Origin: an uncultured Alphaproteobacteria bacterium
GTDB lineage: Bacteria > Pseudomonadota > Alphaproteobacteria > HIMB59 > GCA-002718135
Direction: 5' to 3'
Length of the DNA stretch: 64,000 nucleotides
Assembly: GCA_902595805.1 (NCBI GenBank)
Contig: CACJRM010000001.1
Span: forward strand, 99,806 to 163,805
The position numbers and the translations under genes are program-made. The notes beneath the pieces were generated by a model. It had not been told where the DNA came from. It saw only the letters and a list, made by a program, of their open reading frames with translations, and made no database searches. Each line of letters opens with the position of its first letter. Position 1 is the stretch's first letter. This document shows positions 41,292 through 50,381 of this stretch, piece by piece.

Positions 41292-41480
41292 ATGACTATG
41301 ACAGATTTTTTTGAAGTTGATGAAAAACAAAAGACGGTTAAAATATTAAATTTGGATGATTTCAGTGTTGAGGATTTACAAAATTATATTTCTGAACTTC
41401 AAACTGAAGTATTAAGAGTTCAAGATGAGATAAAAAAGAAGAAAAATTTAAAACTTGATGCTGAAAAGTTTTTTAAATAA
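41292..41480 (+). CDS. DUF1192 family small coiled-coil protein
   Basis: LSVEDLQNYISELQTEV..I..K pattern, and its position next to DUF1013 is typical of alphaproteobacteria. Confidence 0.65.
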   Translation: MTMTDFFEVDEKQKTVKILNLDDFSVEDLQNYISELQTEVLRVQDEIKKKKNLKLDAEKFFK

Positions 41481-41708
41481 TTATTTATTTGTTTTAAGAC
41501 CTTTAAATCTTTTTTGGAATCTAGCTACCTGTCCTTCAGATTCATTAAGACCAACCTTGCCACCAGTCCAAGCAGGGTGAGATTTAGGATCAATTTCTAG
41601 TTTAAGAGTTTCACCTTCTTTGCCCCAAGTAGATCTAGTTTTGAAAGTAGATCCATCAGTCATTACAATGTTTATTTCGTGATATTTAGGATGTATATCT
41701 TTTTTCAT
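41481..41708 (-). CDS. rpmE: 50S ribosomal protein L31
   Basis: Begins [10 protein letters not shown] and contains HPAWTGG. Confidence 0.95.
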   Translation of the reverse strand: MKKDIHPKYHEINIVMTDGSTFKTRSTWGKEGETLKLEIDPKSHPAWTGGKVGLNESEGQVARFQKRFKGLKTNK

Positions 41709-41732
41709 GAAGTTCTTATATTTATATAGATT

Positions 41733-42509
41733 TCAAAGTAAAGTAAGTTTTTTAACTAATTCATTATGAATTTTATTATTTGAAGCAACTAAATCACGAG
41801 ATTTTATTTCCCATTCATTCCCATCTATTTTAGAAATTTTCCCCCCAGCTTCTTTAACTAAAAGAATACCCGTTGAAACATCCCATAAATTTAGATCTTT
41901 TTCCCAAAAACCATCTAATTTACCTGAGGCAACATAAGCAAGATCAAGGCCCGCAGAACCAAGTCTTCTTATTCCTGCAGATGATTTTAGGATTTCATCA
42001 ATCTCACTTAAATAGTTTTTATAAATTCTTTCTCCAAACGGAAGACCAGTTCCTATCAAGCAATCTGAAAAAATTTGCCTGTTTGACACTCTAAGTCTAC
42101 TATTATTACACCATGAACCTTTACCCTTAGAACTCCAAAAAAATTCATTTAAAATTGGATTATAAATCACACCGTCTGTGATTTCACCATTTATCATTTT
42201 AGAAACGATTATTCCAACATGAGGTATTCCATGTATAAAATTTGAGGTTCCATCAATGGGATCAATAATAATGGTGTTTTCATCACCTTTTATTTCACCA
42301 GTTTCTTCAGTTATATAAGTATAATCTGGATAATAATATTTTAGAGTTTCTAAAAGTGTTTTTTCTACTTTAATATCTGCATTTGTTACAAAATCTCCAA
42401 CTGATTTAGATTGTATTTGTAAATTTTCTAATTCTCCAAAATCTCTTAATAATATTTTACCAGCTTTTTTTACTGCCTTTTCAAAGATATTAATTACAGC
42501 AGGCTGCAT
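41733..42509 (-). CDS. suhB: inositol monophosphatase family protein
   Basis: IIDPIDGTSNF and WDVSTG motifs. Confidence 0.9.
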   Translation of the reverse strand: MQPAVINIFEKAVKKAGKILLRDFGELENLQIQSKSVGDFVTNADIKVEKTLLETLKYYYPDYTYITEETGEIKGDENTIIIDPIDGTSNFIHGIPHVGIIVSKMINGEITDGVIYNPILNEFFWSSKGKGSWCNNSRLRVSNRQIFSDCLIGTGLPFGERIYKNYLSEIDEILKSSAGIRRLGSAGLDLAYVASGKLDGFWEKDLNLWDVSTGILLVKEAGGKISKIDGNEWEIKSRDLVASNNKIHNELVKKLTLL

Positions 42510-43078
42510 TAATTTTTTGATTTTTCGATATAACTACCGTCAATTGTACTTATTACTATTTTATCATTAACTGCAATAAATTGTGGTACAGATGTTTTAA
42601 TATTCTTTTCTAAAGTAGCTGGTTTATATGATGATGCAGCTGTTTGACCTTTTACAACACCTTCAGTTTCTATGACAGTTAATTCTACAGTATCAGGCAA
42701 GTCAATTCCGACCGGTTTTTCATTATAGAAATTAATAATAACATTACTATTCTCAACTAAAAATTTTGATTGATCCTCAGTTAATATGTCTGAGCCAAGT
42801 TCTATTTGTTCATAAGTTTGTTTATCCATGAATATAAAATTATTATTATCATCATAAAGATATTGAAATTCTTTTTCATCAAGGATAGCTCTTTCTACTG
42901 TTTCTGATGATCTAAACCTACTATTCATTTTAGTACCTTCTCTTATTTCTTTAAGTTCAGCTTGTAAGTAGGCACCACCCTTTCCTGGTTGAGTATGCTG
43001 GGTTTTCAAAACTTTCCAAAGTTTGTTATTAATTTCTAAAATATTTCCAACTTTAATTTCATTTCCATCTATTTTCAT
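42509..43078 (-). CDS. efp: elongation factor P
   Basis: Full-length EF-P with loop sequence HTQPGKGGAY. Confidence 0.95.
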   Translation of the reverse strand: MKIDGNEIKVGNILEINNKLWKVLKTQHTQPGKGGAYLQAELKEIREGTKMNSRFRSSETVERAILDEKEFQYLYDDNNNFIFMDKQTYEQIELGSDILTEDQSKFLVENSNVIINFYNEKPVGIDLPDTVELTVIETEGVVKGQTAASSYKPATLEKNIKTSVPQFIAVNDKIVISTIDGSYIEKSKN

Positions 43079-43473
43079 AGTTTTATCTTAAGTTTTTTTT
43101 GTATATTTTTAATTTTCGTAAGATCTACTACATCAAAAGTTGGATTTAATAAAACCTTATTTTTTTTAGCAATTTGATTAATTTTATTTAAGATAATTTT
43201 ATTATTTTTTAATTTTAAATAATCAATATTTTCGTAAGTTAATAATATACTAAGACCTTGATCATAACCTGAGTCGATAAAAAACTTAATATTGTGTGTC
43301 TTATATTTATTTTTAATATGGTTTATTAACGTTCTAAGCCACTCTATCCCAAAACCTTTAATTAAAAAATATTTTATAAATATGATCGAAGTTTTAAACT
43401 TTGATTTTCGAAATTCTATTAAATTTTCAATTTGTGTTAGTGTCGATACTGCAAAACAAATTTTTTTAGGCAC
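43075..43473 (-). CDS. hypothetical protein (132 aa), overlap-coupled between gap and efp
   Basis: Clean ORF with a 1-nt overlap with gap and a 4-nt overlap with efp. I recognise no family. Confidence 0.5.
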   Translation of the reverse strand: MPKKICFAVSTLTQIENLIEFRKSKFKTSIIFIKYFLIKGFGIEWLRTLINHIKNKYKTHNIKFFIDSGYDQGLSILLTYENIDYLKLKNNKIILNKINQIAKKNKVLLNPTFDVVDLTKIKNIQKKLKIKL

Positions 43474-44477
43474 TAAATAAATTTTTTAAGATCAACCATA
43501 GTGTCTACCATTCTATTTGAGAATCCCCATTCATTATCATACCAAGATAAAACTCTACAGAATTTATCTTTGACAACTTGTGTTTGACTCATATCAAATA
43601 CAGAACTGCTTGAATTATGATTAAAATCAATTGAAACTAGAGGTAATGAGTTTGTTGATAGAATTCCAATTAATTTTTTAGTTTTTGAAGCTTGAAGAAC
43701 TATAGAATTAATTTTTTCTGTGCTAGTTTTTTTCTTACTTACAAATGTAAGATCTATAAGTGAAACATTAGGAGTAGGTACTCGAATAGCTGTTCCATCT
43801 AGTTTACCTTTTAATTTTGGTAAGACTAGACTCAAAGCCTTTGCCGCTCCTGTAGAAGTCGGAATCATGGACTCGGCTGCAGCCCTTGCTCTTCTAAAGT
43901 CAGAATGGGTTTGATCAACAGTTCTTTGATCACCCGTGTAACTATGAATTGTTGTCATGAAACCACTTTCAATTCCTAATTTTTCATCAAGAACCATAGC
44001 TAAAGGTGCAAGACAGTTAGTAGTACAAGATCCGTTTGAAATTACGTTATGATTTTTTTTAATCGTATCGTTATTTACACCTTGAACAATTGTGGCATCT
44101 ACATTTGAAGCTGGTGCTGAAATAAGAACTTTTTTTGCTCCTGCATTTAAATGAGAAATCGCCTTTTCTTTTGAAGTAAAAACACCACTACATTCAAGAA
44201 CAACATCTACGTTGAGTGACTTCCAAGGAAGGTTATTTGGATCTCTTTCGGAATAAAAATTAATTTTATGTTTACCAATTTTTAATCCATTTTTGATTGA
44301 ACTAATTTTATCTTTAAGAATACCGTGAACACTGTCATATTTAAGTAAGTGAGCACTGCTCTCAACACTTCCTAGTTCATTAATAGCTACAATATTAATA
44401 TCTTTAGGATTTTTTTCTAATAAAGCTCTAAAAACAAGTTTTCCAATTCTTCCAAATCCATTTATTGCAACTTTCAT
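43473..44477 (-). CDS. gap: glyceraldehyde-3-phosphate dehydrogenase
   Basis: INGFGRIG and the SCTTNCLAP active site. Confidence 0.97.
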   Translation of the reverse strand: MKVAINGFGRIGKLVFRALLEKNPKDINIVAINELGSVESSAHLLKYDSVHGILKDKISSIKNGLKIGKHKINFYSERDPNNLPWKSLNVDVVLECSGVFTSKEKAISHLNAGAKKVLISAPASNVDATIVQGVNNDTIKKNHNVISNGSCTTNCLAPLAMVLDEKLGIESGFMTTIHSYTGDQRTVDQTHSDFRRARAAAESMIPTSTGAAKALSLVLPKLKGKLDGTAIRVPTPNVSLIDLTFVSKKKTSTEKINSIVLQASKTKKLIGILSTNSLPLVSIDFNHNSSSSVFDMSQTQVVKDKFCRVLSWYDNEWGFSNRMVDTMVDLKKFI

Positions 44478-44489
44478 ATTTTTTCCTTT

Positions 44490-46403
44490 TTATAAAGTTT
44501 TAGTTATTTTTTCAATTAAGTAATCATCTGTTATCTTAAAGTGCTTATATAAATCTTTGTATGGACCACTTTCACCAAAAGTTGACATACCAACAAAATT
44601 TTCATTCTTAATATATTTTTCCCAACCATTTATTACTCCAGCCTCAATAGCAAAAATAGGTTTATTTCCTAAAATTTCATTTTTATAACCATCATCATTT
44701 TTCTCAAACAATTCAAATGAAGACATGCTTACAACTCTTATCTTTAAATTATTGTTTTCAAAAAGTTTATTTGATGCAGAGCAAGCAATCTCAACTTCAG
44801 AACCAGAAGATAAAATTGTTGCATCATATTCTTTAAAATCTCTTATTTTATAAGCACCTTTATTTACAAGATTTTCTTTGCGATTATCTTTTTGTAACAT
44901 CGGTAGATTTTGTCTTGTTAAAACTAAGATTGTTGGCCCAGTATTGTTGATTGCACATTCCCATGCTTCTATAGTTTCAATTATATCACAAGGCCTAATG
45001 ACTGTTAAATTTGGTATAGATCTTAAAGATGCAAGATGTTCGACAGGTTGATGGGTTGGTCCATCTTCTCCTAATCCTATTGAGTCATGCGTCATTACAT
45101 AAATAACTGGTATATTCATAATAGCTGATAACCTAATTGAAGGTCTGCAATAATCGGTAAATACCAAAAACGTTCCTCCATATGGAATTAAACCTTTATG
45201 CAAAGCAATGCCATTCATTACTCCAGCCATTCCATGTTCTCTGATGCCGTAATGAATATAATTTCCATTAAAATTATTAGATGTAATTACATTCATATCT
45301 TTTGCCTTAGTGTTATTTGATCCAGTAAGATCAGCAGATCCACCAATAAGATTTTTTTGATAGTTTGAAATTAAATTTAGCGTTAGCTCACTTGATTTTC
45401 TTGAAGCACAATTTGTTTTATCATTAAAATGCTTAAATTTTAATTCACTAAGTTTTTCTGGAATTTGATGATCAATTTTTTGATAAAAACTATCTTTAAA
45501 ATTTTTACTTTCAATTAATTCTTTGTTTTTTGACAACCATGAATTTCTTGATTCTTCATTTCTTTTATAGAAACTTCTCCACTCACGTAATAAATCATCT
45601 GGAATTTCAAATGGCGAATAATTCCATTCTAATTTTTTTCTTGTTAAACTAATTTCATCTTCACCAAGAGGTGAACCATGTGATGAAGCTGAACCTTCTT
45701 TGTTTGGAGAGCCAAAACCAATTTTAGTTTTGCAAGATATAATTGTTGGAGCATCATTTTTTTTTGCTTGAATTATAGCTTGATCAATTTCCTCATATTT
45801 ATGACCATCTATTTCAATTATTTTCCAATTATAAGCTTCAAATCTTTTTTTCACATTGTCTGAAACTGAAAGATCTGTTGATCCATCTATGGAAATAGAA
45901 TTATTATCAAAAAACAAAATAAGCTTATCTAATTTTAAATGTCCCGCGAGACTACATGATTCATGACTTAAACCTTCCATTAAGCATCCATCTCCAGCAA
46001 AAACATAGGTGTAATGATCGAATAATTCTTTTCCAAAATTGTTTGATAATTTTTTTTCCGCTAGAGCCATTCCAACTGCATTTGCTAAACCTTGAGACAA
46101 AGGCCCAGTAGTTGTTTCTATCCCTTCTGCACTTCCGTATTCTGGGTGACCAGCAGTTTTATTATGTAATTGTCTAAAATTTTTAATTTGATTTATATCA
46201 ATATCTTTATATCCTGTAAGATACAAACAAGAGTATAAGAGCATTGAGCCATGCCCATTTGAAATAATTAATCTATCTCTATCAATCCATTCCGGATCAT
46301 TCGGATCAAACTTTAAATGATTTTTATAAAGAACTGTTGCGATATCTGCCATACCCATAGGCATACCAGGATGACCAGATTTTGCTTTTTCCACTGCATC
46401 CAT
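44490..46403 (-). CDS. tkt: transketolase (true start probably upstream of 46403 at a non-ATG codon)
   Basis: GHPG, GDGCLMEG and the other transketolase blocks are present. The conserved N-terminal motif continues in frame upstream of the first ATG (..LSNCIRFLS-MDAVEKAKSGHPG). Confidence 0.95.
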   Translation of the reverse strand: MDAVEKAKSGHPGMPMGMADIATVLYKNHLKFDPNDPEWIDRDRLIISNGHGSMLLYSCLYLTGYKDIDINQIKNFRQLHNKTAGHPEYGSAEGIETTTGPLSQGLANAVGMALAEKKLSNNFGKELFDHYTYVFAGDGCLMEGLSHESCSLAGHLKLDKLILFFDNNSISIDGSTDLSVSDNVKKRFEAYNWKIIEIDGHKYEEIDQAIIQAKKNDAPTIISCKTKIGFGSPNKEGSASSHGSPLGEDEISLTRKKLEWNYSPFEIPDDLLREWRSFYKRNEESRNSWLSKNKELIESKNFKDSFYQKIDHQIPEKLSELKFKHFNDKTNCASRKSSELTLNLISNYQKNLIGGSADLTGSNNTKAKDMNVITSNNFNGNYIHYGIREHGMAGVMNGIALHKGLIPYGGTFLVFTDYCRPSIRLSAIMNIPVIYVMTHDSIGLGEDGPTHQPVEHLASLRSIPNLTVIRPCDIIETIEAWECAINNTGPTILVLTRQNLPMLQKDNRKENLVNKGAYKIRDFKEYDATILSSGSEVEIACSASNKLFENNNLKIRVVSMSSFELFEKNDDGYKNEILGNKPIFAIEAGVINGWEKYIKNENFVGMSTFGESGPYKDLYKHFKITDDYLIEKITKTL

Positions 46404-46551
46404 TGATAAAAATCTAATACAATTTGATAATCGTCTTAGATTGTTGATATTGTTTAAATTATTCAGATACTTACCTTTATAGTTGATATAAAATTATTTA
46501 ATATGGGTTCATTACAGTGACAATTATAAAATTACAAACTATAAAATTATA

Positions 46552-46740
46552 ATGGAAATACAAAAAAAAATTACGGTTCTAAGCGAAAACTTAAATAATC
46601 TAAGATCTGCATTAGAAGATTTTAGGGATCATCATATTTCTAAGAAAGAAAAAATTAAAAATCTTGAAAATGAAATTAAAAATTTAAGAAAACAAATGTC
46701 CGAGTATATTGATGAATTGGAACTTTTAATTAAGAAATAA
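46552..46740 (+). CDS. small coiled-coil protein (DUF4164/ZapB-like)
   Basis: 62 aa of heptad-rich sequence, immediately upstream of the zapA-like gene. Confidence 0.5.
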   Translation: MEIQKKITVLSENLNNLRSALEDFRDHHISKKEKIKNLENEIKNLRKQMSEYIDELELLIKK

Positions 46741-46742
46741 CT

Positions 46743-47162
46743 ATGCCTTTTTATAAGACAAAAATTTTAAACAGAGAAATCTCATTAGAATATGAAAAAA
46801 AAGATGAAAAAAAAATAATAGATTCAATAAATCTAATTAATGAAAAAATTGATAATAAATTACAAAATCCAAAATATTCTAATGGAAAAATAAGTGATAC
46901 TATATTGTTATCGCTTCTCTCTATTGAGCTTCAAGCAGAGCTTTCAGAAAAATTAAATATAGAAAAAATTTCAGAAGTAAATGATTCCAAGAATGAAGAA
47001 TATCTAAAGAACAATTTAGAACTTAAAGACAAAATACTAAAACTACAAAATGAAAAAAAAATTTTAGAAGATGAAAAATTGAAATTAAATCAAGAATTTG
47101 ATGAAATAAATCAAAAAGTAGAGGGTTTAATTGATATAATTAAGAATTCTTATTATGAATAA
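46743..47162 (+). CDS. zapA: cell division protein ZapA-like
   Basis: The N-terminal pattern (KTKILNREISLEYEKKDEKKIIDSINLINEKI) followed by a coiled coil fits ZapA. Synteny with ygfA supports the call. Confidence 0.55.
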   Translation: MPFYKTKILNREISLEYEKKDEKKIIDSINLINEKIDNKLQNPKYSNGKISDTILLSLLSIELQAELSEKLNIEKISEVNDSKNEEYLKNNLELKDKILKLQNEKKILEDEKLKLNQEFDEINQKVEGLIDIIKNSYYE

Positions 47163-47736
47163 TATTAAAGATGAAAAATCAATTATTAGAAAAAAACAAA
47201 AAATTATAAGAGATAAGATTTTTAATAAAAAGCCATCTCATTTTACTTTATCTTTGTTTAATAAACTTTTTGAAAAAATTAAATTTCAAGAAATCAATAT
47301 AGTTTCTAGTTTTATTTCTATAAATTCTGAGATAAATACAAGTGAGCTTAACAATCTTATCTTTGTTAAAAATAAAATTTTATGTCTTCCTGTAATTGAA
47401 AAAAAGAATAGTCATTTAATCTTTAAGCAATTTAAAAGTGAAGAGAATTTTGTAAAAGGACATATGAATATATCAGAGCCTCAAAATAAAAATAAAATTT
47501 TAGATCCTGAATTAATTTTTGTACCTTGTTTAGCTTTTGATAATAAGGGAAATAGATTAGGTTATGGTGGAGGTTATTATGACAGGACTTTTGCTTATTT
47601 AAATAAAATTAATCATAGATTCATTTCTGTAGCCTATGCATATGAAGAACAAAAGTTAGATTACATACCCATAGACAAATTTGATTTTAAAGTGGATTAT
47701 GTTATTACTGAAAAAAATTTATATAGTTTTCAATGA
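47155..47736 (+). CDS. ygfA: 5-formyltetrahydrofolate cyclo-ligase
   Basis: GNRLGYGGGYYDR motif. Confidence 0.85.
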   Translation: MNNIKDEKSIIRKKQKIIRDKIFNKKPSHFTLSLFNKLFEKIKFQEINIVSSFISINSEINTSELNNLIFVKNKILCLPVIEKKNSHLIFKQFKSEENFVKGHMNISEPQNKNKILDPELIFVPCLAFDNKGNRLGYGGGYYDRTFAYLNKINHRFISVAYAYEEQKLDYIPIDKFDFKVDYVITEKNLYSFQ

Positions 47737-48524
47737 ATATTCTTTTTATAGGTGATATTGTCGGTAAGGCGTCACGAAAAAAAATTAAAGAAATTATGCC
47801 AACACTCAAATCTAAATACAATACAGACATGATTATTGCTAATAGTGAAAATGCTACTTCTGGTTATGGACTTTCAAAAAAGGATGCTGAAGAATTATTT
47901 TCCAGCGGATTAGATCTACTTACACTTGGGAATCATGCATGGGATCAAAGAGACATGCTTTCTTATATTGAAGAAAATCCAAAGATAATCAGAGCGTTGA
48001 ATTACCCTGACGGTGTTCCTGGAAAAGGATATTATAAGTTTGAACTTTTAAATGGAAAAAAAATTATCGTCGTTCAAGTAATGCTAAGATTATTTATGAA
48101 TTTATCATTAGATGATCCATTTAAAAGTATAATTGAATTTCTTCAAAAAGAGAAATTAGGTAGTACATGTGATGTGATAATTATTGATATGCATGGTGAA
48201 GCAACTTCTGAAAAAAAAGCATTTGGATATTATGTTGATGGACAAGTCACGGCAGTTTTAGGTACACATACTCATGTACCAACAGCAGACAGTGTTATTT
48301 TACCCAAAGGTACAGCTTATCAAACAGATGTTGGAATGTCAGGTGATTACAATTCAATAATTGGTTTTGATATAAATAATCCAATACATGGATTTGTTAA
48401 GGGATATAGGGCTGAAGGTAGATTTACACCTGCTACTGAAAATATAACTATATGTGGAGCTTTAATAGAAATTGATATTAATAATGGTTTAGCCAAAAAT
48501 ATCACCCCAATTCAAGAGACATAA
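47733..48524 (+). CDS. ymdB: YmdB-family metallophosphoesterase (TIGR00282 type)
   Basis: ILFIGDIVG..NSENATSGYG..GNHAWDQ..DMHGEATSEK..GTHTHVPTAD. Confidence 0.85.
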   Translation: MNILFIGDIVGKASRKKIKEIMPTLKSKYNTDMIIANSENATSGYGLSKKDAEELFSSGLDLLTLGNHAWDQRDMLSYIEENPKIIRALNYPDGVPGKGYYKFELLNGKKIIVVQVMLRLFMNLSLDDPFKSIIEFLQKEKLGSTCDVIIIDMHGEATSEKKAFGYYVDGQVTAVLGTHTHVPTADSVILPKGTAYQTDVGMSGDYNSIIGFDINNPIHGFVKGYRAEGRFTPATENITICGALIEIDINNGLAKNITPIQET

Positions 48525-48603
48525 TTTACATATATTAGACACATTTATCTAATATTTTATACCTTTACTAACATCGGATAAAATATTTATAAATCTACTC
48601 GAA

Positions 48604-49353
48604 ATGGCAGGACACTCCAAGTTTAAAAATATTATGCATCGAAAAGGTGCTCAAGATAAAAAAAGAGCAAAGGTATTTTCAAGACTTGGAAGAGAAATAT
48701 CTGTTGCAGTCAAAGTCGGTGGTGAAGATATTGAAAGTAATATTAGATTAAGATCTGCAATTGCTTCAGCCAAGTCTCTAAATATGCCAAAAGATAACAT
48801 TGAGAGAGCAATTAAAAAAGGTCAAGGGAATGACCCTGATAGTAATTATGAAGAAGTAAGATATGAGGGGTATGGACCTGAAGGTGTTGCAATAATAGTT
48901 GAGGCCCTTACAAATAATAAAAATAGAACAGCTGCAGAAATTAGATCAACTTTTAGCAAATATGGAGGTAATTTGGGTGAAACAGGTAGCGTTAGTTTTG
49001 GTTTTGATAGATTTGGAAATATCACCCTTGATAAAAACTTAGTGAAAGAAGATCAGCTTCTAGAATTTCTTATTGAAAATAATAGTGAAGATTATGAAAT
49101 TAATGACACTGAATATTCAATATACTGTGATCAAAATAATTTGCATGAACTTAATGATAAATTAATTAAACAGTATGGTCAGACTAACTCTGCAAATTTA
49201 ATCTGGAAAAGTAAAAATAATATAAATATTGGAAAAATTACAGCAGACAAACTATTTAAATTACTTGAAGTTTTAGAAGACAATGACGACGTTCAAGTTG
49301 TATCATCAAATTTTGAAGTTGATGATAATGTATTATCTTCACTCACAGCCTAA
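48604..49353 (+). CDS. yebC: YebC/PmpR family DNA-binding regulator
   Basis: Begins MAGHSKFKNIMHRKGAQDKKRAK. Full length. Confidence 0.95.
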   Translation: MAGHSKFKNIMHRKGAQDKKRAKVFSRLGREISVAVKVGGEDIESNIRLRSAIASAKSLNMPKDNIERAIKKGQGNDPDSNYEEVRYEGYGPEGVAIIVEALTNNKNRTAAEIRSTFSKYGGNLGETGSVSFGFDRFGNITLDKNLVKEDQLLEFLIENNSEDYEINDTEYSIYCDQNNLHELNDKLIKQYGQTNSANLIWKSKNNINIGKITADKLFKLLEVLEDNDDVQVVSSNFEVDDNVLSSLTA

Positions 49354-49367
49354 CGAAAGGAATATAG

Positions 49368-49661
49368 ATGCCTGATAAAGCCTGGAAAAAAAGAGAAAGA
49401 GATGTTGCAAATTATTTCAATGGGAAAAGGACACCTTTGAGCGGGGGTAATGGTAAAGTAACAAGAGCTGATGTAATTCATGAAGATTTATTCATAGAAT
49501 GTAAATTAAGAGCAAAGCATACAGCAATTAGTTTATGGGATGATACCGCAAAGCTTGCCAAAGAAGAGGGTAAGACACCAGTAATAGCATTATGTGAAAA
49601 AAATAGACCAGGTTTTTGGGTTATGGTTCATAGTAGTGATCTTGAAAAAATTAAAAAGTAA
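49368..49661 (+). CDS. small PD-(D/E)XK nuclease, Hjc/YraN-like (putative Holliday-junction resolvase analogue)
   Basis: E10, a Gly-rich loop SGGNG, D35 and E44-C-K46 (RADVIHEDLFIECK) reproduce the E..D..E-x-K arrangement and spacing of archaeal Hjc. It occupies the locus where ruvC normally follows yebC. Confidence 0.55.
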   Translation: MPDKAWKKRERDVANYFNGKRTPLSGGNGKVTRADVIHEDLFIECKLRAKHTAISLWDDTAKLAKEEGKTPVIALCEKNRPGFWVMVHSSDLEKIKK

Positions 49662-49666
49662 TTATT

Positions 49667-50380
49667 ATGTCAGATATAAATAGCACAAATTTATCTACAG
49701 AAGCTCCAGATTTTTCAATGCTTGCGTTATTTATGCAAGCTGACCTTGTAGTTAAATCTGTAATAATAATTTTAATCCTTGCCTCTCTTTATTCTTGGAA
49801 TGTAATAATTTCAAAAATTTTAAGAATTAGACAATTAAAAAAACTTGAACAAGAATTTGAAGATATTTTTTGGTCTGGAAATTCATTTGAAGATTTATAT
49901 GAAACTTTAAACTTTAATCAGACAGATCCAAAATCAAAATTATTTTGTGCTGCAATTTTAGAGTGGAAGAAAAGTAAAACTCAGTTTGAAAATGATACAT
50001 CTGATATTAATTCTTTAAAAGATAGAATGATGAGATCAATGACAGTTGTTTTCAATAAAGAAAGTGAAAATGTTGAGAGAAATTTAACATTCCTAGCAAC
50101 TGCTGGATCAACTGCACCTTTTATTGGGTTATTTGGAACAGTCTGGGGTATAATGAATAGTTTTAAATCTATCGCAATAGCTCAAAATACAAATTTAGCA
50201 GTAGTTGCACCAGGAATTGCTGAGGCCCTTTTTGCCACTGCATTAGGTCTTTTTGTGGCCATACCTGCTGTAGTTGCCTACAATAAAATTTCAAACGATT
50301 TATCAAAATATTTTATATCTTTGGAAACATTTATGGATGAATTCTCAACAATTTTTTTTAGACAATTAGAGAAAAAATAA
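49667..50380 (+). CDS. tolQ: Tol-Pal system protein TolQ
   Basis: MotA/TolQ/ExbB family (TAPFIGLFGTVWGIM). Confidence 0.9.
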   Translation: MSDINSTNLSTEAPDFSMLALFMQADLVVKSVIIILILASLYSWNVIISKILRIRQLKKLEQEFEDIFWSGNSFEDLYETLNFNQTDPKSKLFCAAILEWKKSKTQFENDTSDINSLKDRMMRSMTVVFNKESENVERNLTFLATAGSTAPFIGLFGTVWGIMNSFKSIAIAQNTNLAVVAPGIAEALFATALGLFVAIPAVVAYNKISNDLSKYFISLETFMDEFSTIFFRQLEKK

Positions 50381-50381
50381 A

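Noticed and set aside
46490-46551. Three copies of TATAAAATTA upstream of the small coiled-coil gene
   Set aside because: This is A/T-only low-complexity sequence in a promoter region of an AT-rich genome, and is not distinguishable from chance.
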